From the IMG/VR virus record IMGVR_UViG_3300045988_132972: a DNA stretch of 46,194 nucleotides; one strand, written 5' to 3'. Below the pieces are notes generated by a model, which was not told the DNA's origin, searched no databases, and saw nothing but the letters and a program-made list of their open reading frames with translations. This stretch comes from a virus. Shown here in pieces: positions 21,839 to 30,312 of the stretch. A program made the position numbers and the translations under genes. Each line of letters opens with the position of its first letter. The first letter of the stretch is position 1.

Positions 21839-22078
21839 ATGCATATACAATACAAAAAGCAGGCAGTAAAATATATTAATACTTGCGATAAGCCAACAAA
21901 GAACAGGCTAAAAGAAGCTATTGAAAAACTCCCTCTTGGAGATGTAAAGAAATTATCAGGGTATGACAAAGAATACAGGCTTAGAGTTGGCGATATTCGC
22001 GTATTATTTACGATTGAAGACGAATCAATAATAATTAATAGTATTTTACCAAGAGGGCAAGCATATAAAAGAGTTTAG
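21839..22078 (+). CDS. RelE/ParE-family type II toxin
   Basis: 79 aa. KEYRLRVGDIRVLFTIEDESIIINSILPRGQAYK matches the ..R.RvGdYRiiy.i.d..i.i..i.hR..aY signature. Confidence 0.8.
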   Translation: MHIQYKKQAVKYINTCDKPTKNRLKEAIEKLPLGDVKKLSGYDKEYRLRVGDIRVLFTIEDESIIINSILPRGQAYKRV

Positions 22079-22090
22079 GAGGCGCAGAAA

Positions 22091-22276
22091 ATGAGCAAAG
22101 ACTTATTAAAAAATATTATTGACTTAATACCTGATGAAGACATTGACACAATATACAAGGTCGTTGTTAAATTCATACCAGAAGATAAGCCAACCCCGGA
22201 CGAAATAAAAGCGATTGAGGAAGCGAAAGAGGACAGCGGGGAATTGATAGACCATAACAATATTGACTGGAATTAA
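22091..22276 (+). CDS. Small acidic protein (61 aa), possible antitoxin partner
   Basis: ORF track. SD TAGGAGG. ..PTPDEIKAIEEAKEDSGELIDHNNIDW. A terminator follows directly. Confidence 0.6.
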   Translation: MSKDLLKNIIDLIPDEDIDTIYKVVVKFIPEDKPTPDEIKAIEEAKEDSGELIDHNNIDWN

Positions 22277-22289
22277 TCCAGAAATTCAA

Positions 22290-22313
22290 GGGCGGCATCA
22301 TTGCCGCCTTTTT
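22290..22313 (+). terminator. Terminator after the RelE module
   Basis: GGCGGCA pairs with TGCCGCC, followed by TTTTT. Confidence 0.8.
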
Positions 22314-22363
22314 AAATTCTATAATATCCCTGTCTCCTCTCTACCTTCACAACCTCAGGACAA

Positions 22364-22383
22364 CAGCAGACGGCACAGCCTCA
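22364..22383 (+). repeat. 20-nt repeat CAGCAGACGGCACAGCCTCA, copy 1 (copy 2 at 22822-22841; diverged copy at ~22499-22519)
   Basis: Exact match read from the sequence. Confidence 0.9.
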
Positions 22384-22472
22384 CGGCATAAGCTCTACCC
22401 TGGTCTATATACCGGAGAGGACAAAGCACAGCAGAAGAAGAGCAGCAGAGAACACAACCAGGAACAGCAGAA

Positions 22473-22491
22473 GCCAGACACACAGAAGCCA
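22473..22491 (+). repeat. 19-nt repeat GCCAGACACACAGAAGCCA, copy 1 (copy 2 at 22796-22814)
   Basis: Exact match. Together with the 20-mer it forms a ~55-nt bipartite repeat unit. Confidence 0.9.
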
Positions 22492-22609
22492 CACACAACA
22501 GCAGACGGCGACAGCTCCACCATATAGCCAGGAAGCAAGGAAGAAAGGAAGAGAATCAGGAAGCAAGACGGCATCAGCTCCGTTTACAAAACGATAAACG
22601 ATACACACA

Positions 22610-22660
22610 GAGCAGACAAAGAAGGTCAAGCGCCTTTTCTGTCTGCTCTTTCTGTTTCTA
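22610..22660 (+). terminator. Terminator-like hairpin in the middle of the T-depleted island
   Basis: GAGCAGAC (22610-22617) pairs with GTCTGCTC (22641-22648), followed by TTTCTGTTTCT. Confidence 0.5.
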
Positions 22661-22795
22661 TAGATCCATAACGGCAGCAGCTAGGCACAAGGGGGAGACC
22701 TGGCAGCAGGTAAGGAAGACAGGAAGAGAGAAGACACGGCCGGAGACGGCAGCAGACGCAGAAGGGACAAGGACAGCAACCACCACATAACAGCA

Positions 22796-22841
22796 GCCAG
22801 ACACACAGAAGCCAGGCATGGCAGCAGACGGCACAGCCTCA
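22796..22841 (+). repeat. Second copy of the bipartite repeat (19-mer at 22796-22814 plus 20-mer at 22822-22841)
   Basis: Exact matches to 22473-22491 and 22364-22383. Confidence 0.9.
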
Positions 22842-22964
22842 AGCCTCCGGAGGCTCTCCGATCCGGCTCAAAGCGACTACACGACTACCCAAAAGGTTAG
22901 ATTGAAAGTGCGTAGGTACTACCCAGCCCCACCCCCTATGCGGGTCGGAGAAAGGCGCATTAAT

Positions 22965-22986
22965 TCCGCCGATAAAATCAAAAAAT
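22965..22986 (+). promoter_or_regulatory. Degenerate copy of the CGCATAAAATCAGAAT box, ~105 nt upstream of terS
   Basis: TCCGCCGATAAAATCAAAAAAT versus TCCGC--ATAAAATCAGAAT. Confidence 0.35.
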
Positions 22987-23090
22987 AATTTCGCATTTCG
23001 TTACGCAATGGGGTAAAAAATGCATGTTAGCACGCAATAGCACTAGCGTTCATGATATTTTGATATTGTGAAAAAATATAAAAGGGGCTG

Positions 23091-23642
23091 ATTACTACGG
23101 CAGGAAGACCAAGAAAAAAAGAATTATGCGAATCAAAAGAAATTGCAGAATTGTTCGGTGTAACTGTGCGCAGAATTCAGCAGCTTACACAGGACGGGGT
23201 AATATCCAGCGTTCAGGTTAAGGGAGAGAGGGGAAGACGATATGAGAAAGACGAGACAGTTAAGACTTATATCAAGTACCTTTCCGACAAGGCAAATGGC
23301 AAAGCAACATCTAAAGGTGAAGCGGAATTGAAGGAACAGAAATTAAAAGTTGAAATAGCGCTGAAAGAATCTCAAAGAGATTTACATGTGTTGCGTACAG
23401 ATATTGCGGCAGGAAAGTATATAACCGTTGAAGAGGTTAAACTTGACTATAGCCGCTTTTTTGTTGCCTTCAAAAAATTTGCATTATCCCTTCCTAACAA
23501 GATTGCATGGCAGGTTGCCGGTTCTGTTGAACCGACAGAATTAAGGCGTATTGAAAACGAAATGCAACAGGAGGTAAAGAGGCTGCTTAATAGTTTCGTT
23601 GTATCTGCTGTTGTGGAACGGGAAAATGATGAGGAAGCCTAA
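23091..23642 (+). CDS. terS: Terminase small subunit (N-terminal winged-HTH), start codon uncertain
   Basis: The frame is open from 23082 and encodes ..KKELCESKEIAELFGVTVRRIQQLTQDGVI, a typical TerS/Nu1-like HTH. The first ATG/GTG/TTG in frame is the TTG at 23151, inside that HTH. ATT (23091) or CTG (23088) follow AAAGGGG. Confidence 0.7.
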   Translation: MTTAGRPRKKELCESKEIAELFGVTVRRIQQLTQDGVISSVQVKGERGRRYEKDETVKTYIKYLSDKANGKATSKGEAELKEQKLKVEIALKESQRDLHVLRTDIAAGKYITVEEVKLDYSRFFVAFKKFALSLPNKIAWQVAGSVEPTELRRIENEMQQEVKRLLNSFVVSAVVERENDEEA

Positions 23643-25443
23643 GAAACTATCTGTAACCCAGTATCAATACGACGCCTTGCAATTAATGCTGCCGCCTGAA
23701 CAAATCACGGTCTCTGAATGGGCGGGAAAATATAGAATGCTTGACTCTAAATCGTCTGCAATACCAGGACCGTGGAATAATGATATAACGCCATATCTTA
23801 CAGGCGTTATGGACGAGTTCAACAATTACGAAACATCTAAAATCATATTTGTTAAGCCTACTCAGGTGGGCGGAACAGAAGCTTTACAGAATATGATTGG
23901 CTATATTGTTATGCAGGACCCGGCACCAACAATGATTGTCTATCCTACAGAAACACTTGCTAAATCAATATCAGAAAACAGATTACAGCCAATGTTAAGG
24001 GCGACACCAGAACTGGCAAGAAGGTTTGATGAAAATTCACAGCTTCTTGAATTACAGTTTGACGGCATGTACTTAACATTGGCTGGTTCTAATTCTCCAT
24101 CAGGTTTAGCGAGTAAACCTATTCGTTTCGTGTTGATGGACGAGGTTGACAAATATCCGGGAACCAGTGGCAAGGAAGCTGATCCTATTAAACTTGCGAC
24201 AGAGAGAACGAAAACATTCCATGACAAGAAAATATATATAACAAGCACGCCAACTCTTAAGACTGGCCATATCTGGAAAGAAAAGGAAAGCGCAGATATA
24301 GAAAAACATTATTTTGTTCCATGCCCTCATTGCGGGGAGTACATAGAACTTAAGTTTTCTAATATCAGATTTCCGGACGAAGAAGGAATGACTTATGCCG
24401 ATAGAGCGGAATTTGCAACTTATATATGCCAGGAATGCGGCTGCGCAATAACTGATGCAGATAAAAACAATATGATACGGCATGGAGAATGGCGCATAGT
24501 ACGCCATAATACTCAATATGTCCGTTCTGTTGCATTTTGGATTAACACATTGTACAGCCCTTTCGTAAGATGGGCTGATATTGTGAAAGAATTCCTTACA
24601 ACAAAAGACGACCCGGATCTATTTCAGAATTTTGTAAACTCATGGCTGGCTGAACCGTGGGAAGATACAAAACTTAAGACAAGTGCAGAACTTGTACTTG
24701 AGAGGCAGACAGAACTGCCAGAGTATGTTGTTCCTTCATGGGCGAAAATATTAACTGGTGGAGTAGATGTTCAGGAAACCTCACTGTACTGGTCAATAAG
24801 AGCCTGGGGGGATTATCTCACCAGTCAGAATATTGCACACGGTCAGGTTCTATCATTCAATGATATTGATAACATTATGAACGCTGAATATCTCAATGAG
24901 AACGGCGAGCCTATGATTGTTAATTTATGCCTGGTTGATTCAGGAGACCAAACAGATATTGTGTACGACTTTTGCGCGACACATTCCGATTATGCATTAC
25001 CGGTGAAGGGTTCTTCTCATGCACAGCTATCAAATTATAAATTGAGCAAAATAAACAGGACTGACAGCCGGGCTATGGGTACAACACTTGTACTTGTAGA
25101 CAGTGGCGCTTATAAAGACATGATTGCTGGACGAATGCAGAGAGACAACGGGCGTGGAAGCTGGATGGTGTATTCTGGTTGCGATATGGAATATGCAAAA
25201 CAGGTTACAGCCGAGCATAAGGTTAATGTCAAACATGGCAACACTGTTAAGAAAGTCTGGCAGTTAAAAACAAGTCATGCAGATAATCACTATCTGGATA
25301 CAGAAGTGTATAACGCAGCGGCAGCAGATATATTAGGCGTTAGACAGCTTCATTTGATGAAAGAGGAAGATGTATCAGTTCCTGAATATAAGCCGCCGGA
25401 GGAACAATGGATTACAGAAAATGACAATTGGTTAGACCGATAG
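23626..25443 (+). CDS. terL: Terminase large subunit, lambda GpA family
   Basis: VKPTQVGGTE (Walker A-like), VLMDEVD (Walker B), CPHCGE...CQECGC zinc motif. ~605 aa. Confidence 0.92.
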   Translation: MMRKPKKLSVTQYQYDALQLMLPPEQITVSEWAGKYRMLDSKSSAIPGPWNNDITPYLTGVMDEFNNYETSKIIFVKPTQVGGTEALQNMIGYIVMQDPAPTMIVYPTETLAKSISENRLQPMLRATPELARRFDENSQLLELQFDGMYLTLAGSNSPSGLASKPIRFVLMDEVDKYPGTSGKEADPIKLATERTKTFHDKKIYITSTPTLKTGHIWKEKESADIEKHYFVPCPHCGEYIELKFSNIRFPDEEGMTYADRAEFATYICQECGCAITDADKNNMIRHGEWRIVRHNTQYVRSVAFWINTLYSPFVRWADIVKEFLTTKDDPDLFQNFVNSWLAEPWEDTKLKTSAELVLERQTELPEYVVPSWAKILTGGVDVQETSLYWSIRAWGDYLTSQNIAHGQVLSFNDIDNIMNAEYLNENGEPMIVNLCLVDSGDQTDIVYDFCATHSDYALPVKGSSHAQLSNYKLSKINRTDSRAMGTTLVLVDSGAYKDMIAGRMQRDNGRGSWMVYSGCDMEYAKQVTAEHKVNVKHGNTVKKVWQLKTSHADNHYLDTEVYNAAAADILGVRQLHLMKEEDVSVPEYKPPEEQWITENDNWLDR

Positions 25444-25453
25444 GAGGAACATT

Positions 25454-25675
25454 ATGGCAGATAATTCAACAAAGGAAATGCTTGACAATGTGAATGGCGC
25501 TATTAATGCGATTGCCAGCGGTGGTCAGAGCTACAAGATAGGCTCTAAGAGTTTAACGCGTGCAGACTTGAAGCAATTGTATGATATAAAAAACGATTTA
25601 ACGGCGCAGCTTGCAGCCCAGAACAATAACGGATTGTTCGACGACTGCTATGTTGCAGAATTTAGTGGAAGGTAG
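25454..25675 (+). CDS. gpW-like head-tail joining protein
   Basis: 73 aa between terL and the portal. QSYKIGSKSLTRADLKQLYDIKNDL parallels lambda gpW ..[23 protein letters not shown]. Confidence 0.7.
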   Translation: MADNSTKEMLDNVNGAINAIASGGQSYKIGSKSLTRADLKQLYDIKNDLTAQLAAQNNNGLFDDCYVAEFSGR

Positions 25676-25678
25676 CAT

Positions 25679-27154
25679 ATGGGATTTATAGACAGTATTG
25701 TTGCAGCAATATCTCCTAAGGCTGCATATGAAAGAGAAATATATAAAATTGCCGCTGATGGCTTGAGATCATTAGATAGTTATGATGCAGGTTCGTATGA
25801 GCATAATAACAGAAATTGGAATGTTACGAATGAATCGGCGGAAATAACTGACAGATACAGCAGAGATACTATCAGGGCAAGAGCCAGAGACCTTGAAAGA
25901 AATAGCGATATTATGAATTCCATCACATCTGCCTGGAAGAGAAATATCATAGGCAGCGGATTTATATTACAAGCAAAGACTCCGGACGCAGAACTTAATA
26001 AGCAGATTGAAAGAGCTTGGAAAAAGTGGTGTAAAAAACAGAACTGTGATGTTACGCAGACACAGAGCCTTAATCAGATGCTTAGAATGGCTGTGAACAG
26101 GAAAAAGGTAGACGGCGGAATCCTATTCATCAAGAGATACACCAACGGCGGAATGATACCATTCAAGCTGCAGGTGATTGAAGTTGACGAATTAGACACA
26201 ATGGCGACAGCACCGAAAAACAAAGGGAATAAGGTTGTTGGAGGCATAGAATACAATGCTTACAACGCACCTGTCGGGTATTTTATAAAACAATACGACA
26301 TTGACGGATACAACTTAAGTACTCCGGTATATGTTGAAGCTAAAAATGTTATATTCTATTTCAGCAAAAAAAGACCATCACAACTAAGGGAGATATCGGA
26401 TATGGCACCAACTATCCCTAGAATTCGCGATGTGAACGAATTCATTACGGCTGTATCGGTTAAGGAGAGAATATTAGCTTGCTTTGCAGTATTCATCAAG
26501 AGAATGCTTCCTACTCAAGGACTGAACGGAAGTATTGGCAGAGGAACAGGGGCAGATGGAAAACGCATGAGTTATGAAGGAAAGACAATCGCTCCTGGCA
26601 TGATGAAAGAACTTAATGCCGGCGATGAAATACAGGTTGCCAGTCCTGCAGGACAAAGCGCAGATGCCACAAGCTACACGAAGCTGGAACAGAGAATGAT
26701 AAGCGCAAGTCAGGGCTTAAGCTACGAAGCAACTAGTAGAGATATGGCTGAAAGCACATATTCATCAGCCAGACAGAATATTATTGAGGACGACCTTACA
26801 TATCAGGAAGATGTTGAATTGATAAAAGAAATTATAGATGAGATATACGAAACATTTGTAATTTCATTGGTGCTATCAGGAACTATCAATGTATCCGGAT
26901 TCTGGGAGAACAAAGATAGTTATTTCGACCATGAATGGATAAAGGAACCTAAGCCGTGGATAGATCCGGCTAAGGAATCTAATGCTAATAAAGTGGCATT
27001 AATGACAGGTCAGAAGACATTCAAACAGATTGCAGCGGAGAACGGACGCGACTGGAAAGACCAGATAGACGATATGGCAGAAGTTCTTAATTATGGCAAT
27101 GAAAAAGGAATAGACATGGGAGGTGTTATATTTGGAATACAGAAAAAAGAATGA
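25679..27154 (+). CDS. Portal protein, lambda family
   Basis: 491 aa. ..NRNWNVTNESAEITDRYSRDTIRARARDLERNSDIMNSITSAWKRNIIGSGF fits the portal_lambda pattern. Confidence 0.9.
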   Translation: MGFIDSIVAAISPKAAYEREIYKIAADGLRSLDSYDAGSYEHNNRNWNVTNESAEITDRYSRDTIRARARDLERNSDIMNSITSAWKRNIIGSGFILQAKTPDAELNKQIERAWKKWCKKQNCDVTQTQSLNQMLRMAVNRKKVDGGILFIKRYTNGGMIPFKLQVIEVDELDTMATAPKNKGNKVVGGIEYNAYNAPVGYFIKQYDIDGYNLSTPVYVEAKNVIFYFSKKRPSQLREISDMAPTIPRIRDVNEFITAVSVKERILACFAVFIKRMLPTQGLNGSIGRGTGADGKRMSYEGKTIAPGMMKELNAGDEIQVASPAGQSADATSYTKLEQRMISASQGLSYEATSRDMAESTYSSARQNIIEDDLTYQEDVELIKEIIDEIYETFVISLVLSGTINVSGFWENKDSYFDHEWIKEPKPWIDPAKESNANKVALMTGQKTFKQIAAENGRDWKDQIDDMAEVLNYGNEKGIDMGGVIFGIQKKE

Positions 27155-27740
27155 ATATCTTGAGCGTTCTATTACGGATTGTAATATTAGGCAGATTGAA
27201 GGGGAAGGAAACGAAAGAAAATTTGAGTTATCGTTTTCGTCAGAAAAGCCTTATATGAGATATTTTGGCAATGAAATATTATCACATGCGGACGGCGCGG
27301 TTGATTTAACAAGGTTAAATTCAATTGGCGTCGTTTTATTTAACCATAACAGAGATGTGATTGTAGGAAAGGTTTTAAAAGCGTGGGTCGAAGACAACAG
27401 AGGACATGCACAGATTGAGTTTGACACAGACGACGAGGCAGAAAAGATATATCAGAAAGTGCTTAATAAAACCTTGAGAGGAGTATCAGTTGGATACAAC
27501 ATTTCGGTCATAGAGAATGTACAGGACGGGGCGGTATCTTCTGACGGAAGATTTAAAGGACCATGTAAAATTGCTAAAAAATGGACGCCGTTTGAGATTT
27601 CTATTGTAAGCATTCCGGCTGATGAAACAGTTGGAGTAGGAAGAGCCTATGAAACAGAGGGAGTAAGCAGCTTCTATTATAACGAGAGGCAGCTCCAGAT
27701 AAATGAAAATCTTATATTAACAGGAGGTAAAGGATTATGA
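27132..27740 (+). CDS. Prohead serine protease, HK97 family (S78)
   Basis: VVLFNHNRDVIVGKV (His), LRGVSVGY (Ser), EISIVSIPADE. The TTG at 27132 lies 8 nt after GGGAGG. Confidence 0.85.
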   Translation: MEYRKKNEYLERSITDCNIRQIEGEGNERKFELSFSSEKPYMRYFGNEILSHADGAVDLTRLNSIGVVLFNHNRDVIVGKVLKAWVEDNRGHAQIEFDTDDEAEKIYQKVLNKTLRGVSVGYNISVIENVQDGAVSSDGRFKGPCKIAKKWTPFEISIVSIPADETVGVGRAYETEGVSSFYYNERQLQINENLILTGGKGL

Positions 27741-29293
27741 ATCTTAGACAAATGATTCTAAGACAGCAGGAACTTCTCTCGTTAGCAAGAAGCGAACACA
27801 GAGAATTATCTGCACAGGAACAGACAGAATTTGATAATTTAACAAGACAGATTGCAGCGGCAGCAGACGAACAGCCATCTGCCGGAGGACAGCCAGAGAC
27901 TGGAACAACACCGCCTGCTAACCAGGAAGGTGTTAGATCAGGCAGTATATCAACACCAGAAAATGACATTTCGCTTGAAAGAAGCAGATGCGCAGAAATA
28001 ACAAGAATGTGTCGCTCGCTTGGCGTTGATGATACAGTTATGGAAGGCTACATATCGGGCGGAAATTCAGTTGACAGCGTAAGGGAAGCAATCATGAATT
28101 CTATGATTGAAAACGGTTCGCCTATCAGCCAGAGAGGCAGTGCAGATGTTACGGTAGCGGAAGAGGATAAGTTCAGAGCGGCAGCTTCTGATGCGCTTTT
28201 ACTTAGAGCAGGATTGAATGTTGAAAAGCCGGCGGACGGCGCAAGAGATTTAAGAGGAATGTCGCTTAGAGATTTATATATCGAAGCTTCAAGTGCGGAC
28301 GAAAGAGGCAGATATATGAGAATGAGTGCTGATGATTTGTATGATTATGCGCAGAGAGATTTTGCTAATCCAACAGCAGCATTCCCAGCTATTCTTGATG
28401 ATGCAATCAATAAATCTATCAAGGAAGGCTATAATAAGGCAGCAGCTACATTTGATGCATGGGCGAGAGAAGGCTCGCTAAAAGATTTTAAGAAAACGGA
28501 TCATTATTACATTGCTGGCTCTGCTGGTGAATTCCTTGAAGTTCCTGAAAACGGAGAACTCAAGGCAGATTCTAGAACTGATACAAAGCTTCCACAGAGA
28601 CAGCTTAAGACCTATGGCCGTCAGTTCTCATTAACAAGACAGGCGTTTATCAATGATGATATTGATCTTATAATAGGCTTACCATCAAGATACTCTAAAG
28701 CGGCAAAGAAGACTATTAATAAGCAGTGCTATCAGATTCTTGTAAATTCACCTGCTATATACGACGGAGTGAAATTATTCGATAAGACACACGGTAACAT
28801 AATAACAACAGGAACAGGAGTTACTATGGAATCGGTACAGGCTATGATGCTTGCATTACAGTCACAGACCGACCAGGAAGGCGAAGTTATTGTTATCAGA
28901 CCAGCAACTATTGTTGTCCCTGTCGGAATGGCATTTGAAATGTATGCATTATTCAATAGTCCAACTATTAATACAGAGGGCAACACACAGGCTGTAAATC
29001 CACTTTACAGATATGCTAAATCTATTGATATCGTAGAAGATGCTACTATTAATGTTTTATGTGGTGGATTGGGAAATACAATGCCATGGTTCCTTATAGG
29101 AAACAAAGATGATGTTGAATTTATACAGGTTGATTACCTTAATGGCAATAAGACACCTATCATAAGAAGAGCTGAACAGATTGAAAAACTTAGTATCAGT
29201 TGGAATATTTACCTTGATTGGGGCATTACAGTACTTGATTATAGAGGTGCTGTTAAGAATCCGGGAAAGGTTATACAGAATCCTATTAAGTAA
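27737..29293 (+). CDS. Major capsid protein with an N-terminal coiled-coil (scaffold/delta-like) extension
   Basis: 518 aa directly after the protease. The N-terminus MNLRQMILRQQELLSLARSEHRELSAQEQTEFDNLTRQI is typical of HK97-type delta domains. Confidence 0.85.
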   Translation: MNLRQMILRQQELLSLARSEHRELSAQEQTEFDNLTRQIAAAADEQPSAGGQPETGTTPPANQEGVRSGSISTPENDISLERSRCAEITRMCRSLGVDDTVMEGYISGGNSVDSVREAIMNSMIENGSPISQRGSADVTVAEEDKFRAAASDALLLRAGLNVEKPADGARDLRGMSLRDLYIEASSADERGRYMRMSADDLYDYAQRDFANPTAAFPAILDDAINKSIKEGYNKAAATFDAWAREGSLKDFKKTDHYYIAGSAGEFLEVPENGELKADSRTDTKLPQRQLKTYGRQFSLTRQAFINDDIDLIIGLPSRYSKAAKKTINKQCYQILVNSPAIYDGVKLFDKTHGNIITTGTGVTMESVQAMMLALQSQTDQEGEVIVIRPATIVVPVGMAFEMYALFNSPTINTEGNTQAVNPLYRYAKSIDIVEDATINVLCGGLGNTMPWFLIGNKDDVEFIQVDYLNGNKTPIIRRAEQIEKLSISWNIYLDWGITVLDYRGAVKNPGKVIQNPIK

Positions 29294-29313
29294 TGGAGAG
29301 GAGGAAAGGAAAT

Positions 29314-29640
29314 ATGTCTAAAGCAATATATTGGCAGAGAGGTGAAGATCTTGATTACAAGAACGGAACATCTGATACAATCGAAGCAGGTTCTGTTGTA
29401 AGCCTCAAGACAAGAATAGCAATTGCTGGAATGGATATTAGACCTGGAGAAGTTGGTTCTATTCATGTTAAGAATGTTTTTAAGTTTGATAAAACAGATT
29501 CAGCAGAGATTCAGCAGGGTACAGCAGTATACTGGGACGGAAATGGAATCACAGCTACAGAAGGTTCTAATGTACCAGCCGGATATGCAGCATATGACTC
29601 TACAGCGGAAGATAACACGATTCTTGTGAATATCGGATAG
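29314..29640 (+). CDS. DUF2190-family head protein (decoration/cement-like)
   Basis: The ATG at 29314 lies after GGAGAGGAGGAAAGG. ..IRPGEVGSIHVKNVFKFDK....QGTAVYWD. Confidence 0.7.
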   Translation: MSKAIYWQRGEDLDYKNGTSDTIEAGSVVSLKTRIAIAGMDIRPGEVGSIHVKNVFKFDKTDSAEIQQGTAVYWDGNGITATEGSNVPAGYAAYDSTAEDNTILVNIG

Positions 29641-29648
29641 GAGGCAAT

Positions 29649-29975
29649 ATGACAGCAGCAAAGAAAGATATCAAGAGCAGCGCTAAAACCAGCGCTGCCA
29701 AACCTTTGGAAGATACTGTAACAGAAGACAGTATTGAAGATGTTATAACAGAAGACGGTATTGAAGATGTTATAACAGAAGACAGTATTGAAGATGTTAT
29801 AACAGAGGATAATGCAGAAGATACTCTGCGTGACGCGTCACCTGAACTGGGGCTTTACGCTAAAACCGACATTTTATACAAGTCTCGCAGATATGGTTTA
29901 GGAGACAAATTGCCTACTGATGAGCCAGAAATGATTGCGGCATGGTTGAGAGCAGAAACTGCAGAATGGAGATAG
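29649..29975 (+). CDS. Acidic repeat protein (108 aa)
   Basis: ORF track. Contains TEDSIEDVI x3 encoded by a 27-bp tandem repeat. Confidence 0.7.
   Translation: MTAAKKDIKSSAKTSAAKPLEDTVTEDSIEDVITEDGIEDVITEDSIEDVITEDNAEDTLRDASPELGLYAKTDILYKSRRYGLGDKLPTDEPEMIAAWLRAETAEWR
29721..29801 (+). repeat. 27-bp tandem repeat x3 (plus partial flanking units)
   Basis: ACAGAAGACAGTATTGAAGATGTTATA at 29721, 29748 (one A-to-G change) and 29775. Confidence 0.95.
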
Positions 29976-29976
29976 C

Positions 29977-30312
29977 ATGAATTTCAAGGAACAGTTGGCA
30001 CATGACAATAAAGTGGTATTTATGAACATTAATGAATTTGCGGAAATACATGATATCAACGGAAAAAAGGTGCTATGCATTATTGATAATAATGAGATGG
30101 TAGACAGGGAAAAAAGATATCAATATAAACGAAGTCTTTACGGAGATGGAATTTATCTGAAGGAAATTCTTTTTTATGTGAATGCCAGGGATTTTGGTCC
30201 ATTGCCAGCTATTGGGCGAAGCATGATATTTGACGGCAGAGCATACACAGTATCAGACGCAATCAATGAAGGTGGAATATACTCAATAAGCTTAGAGGCG
30301 AATAAGGTATGA
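29977..30312 (+). CDS. Putative head-tail connector/adaptor protein
   Basis: Called by position in the head-to-tail gene block. 111 aa. Confidence 0.5.
   Translation: MNFKEQLAHDNKVVFMNINEFAEIHDINGKKVLCIIDNNEMVDREKRYQYKRSLYGDGIYLKEILFYVNARDFGPLPAIGRSMIFDGRAYTVSDAINEGGIYSISLEANKV

Larger units (their letters stand above)
22326..22860 (+). other. GC-rich, strongly T-depleted non-coding island rich in CAGCAG / GGCAGCAG motifs
   Basis: By hand count there is no T at all from 22411 to 22515 (105 nt), and only ~7 T in 22671-22840. No plus-strand ORF here has a start codon. Confidence 0.85.

Noticed and set aside
22325-22597. A 90-codon open plus-strand frame across the T-free island (..QQTAQPHG..RRRAAENTTRNSRSQTHRSHTQQQ..).
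   Set aside because: It has no ATG/GTG/TTG start and no SD. It is open only because T-poor sequence cannot form stop codons, and the translation is low-complexity.
22405-22629. A 74-aa, extremely hydrophobic minus-strand ORF (TTG start) inside the T-free island, considered as a type I toxin or small membrane protein.
   Set aside because: The minus strand here almost lacks A, so stop codons cannot occur. Only F/L/S/C/W/P/R/V/A/G codons are available, and the ORF and its hydrophobicity follow automatically from that composition. It has a weak SD and a non-ATG start. It is kept only as a remote possibility.
22364-22841. The repeats of the island, considered as a CRISPR array or as a diversity-generating retroelement TR/VR pair.
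   Set aside because: The repeats are irregular in length and spacing and there are no cas genes. No reverse transcriptase gene exists in the genome, and the differences between copies are not restricted to adenines.
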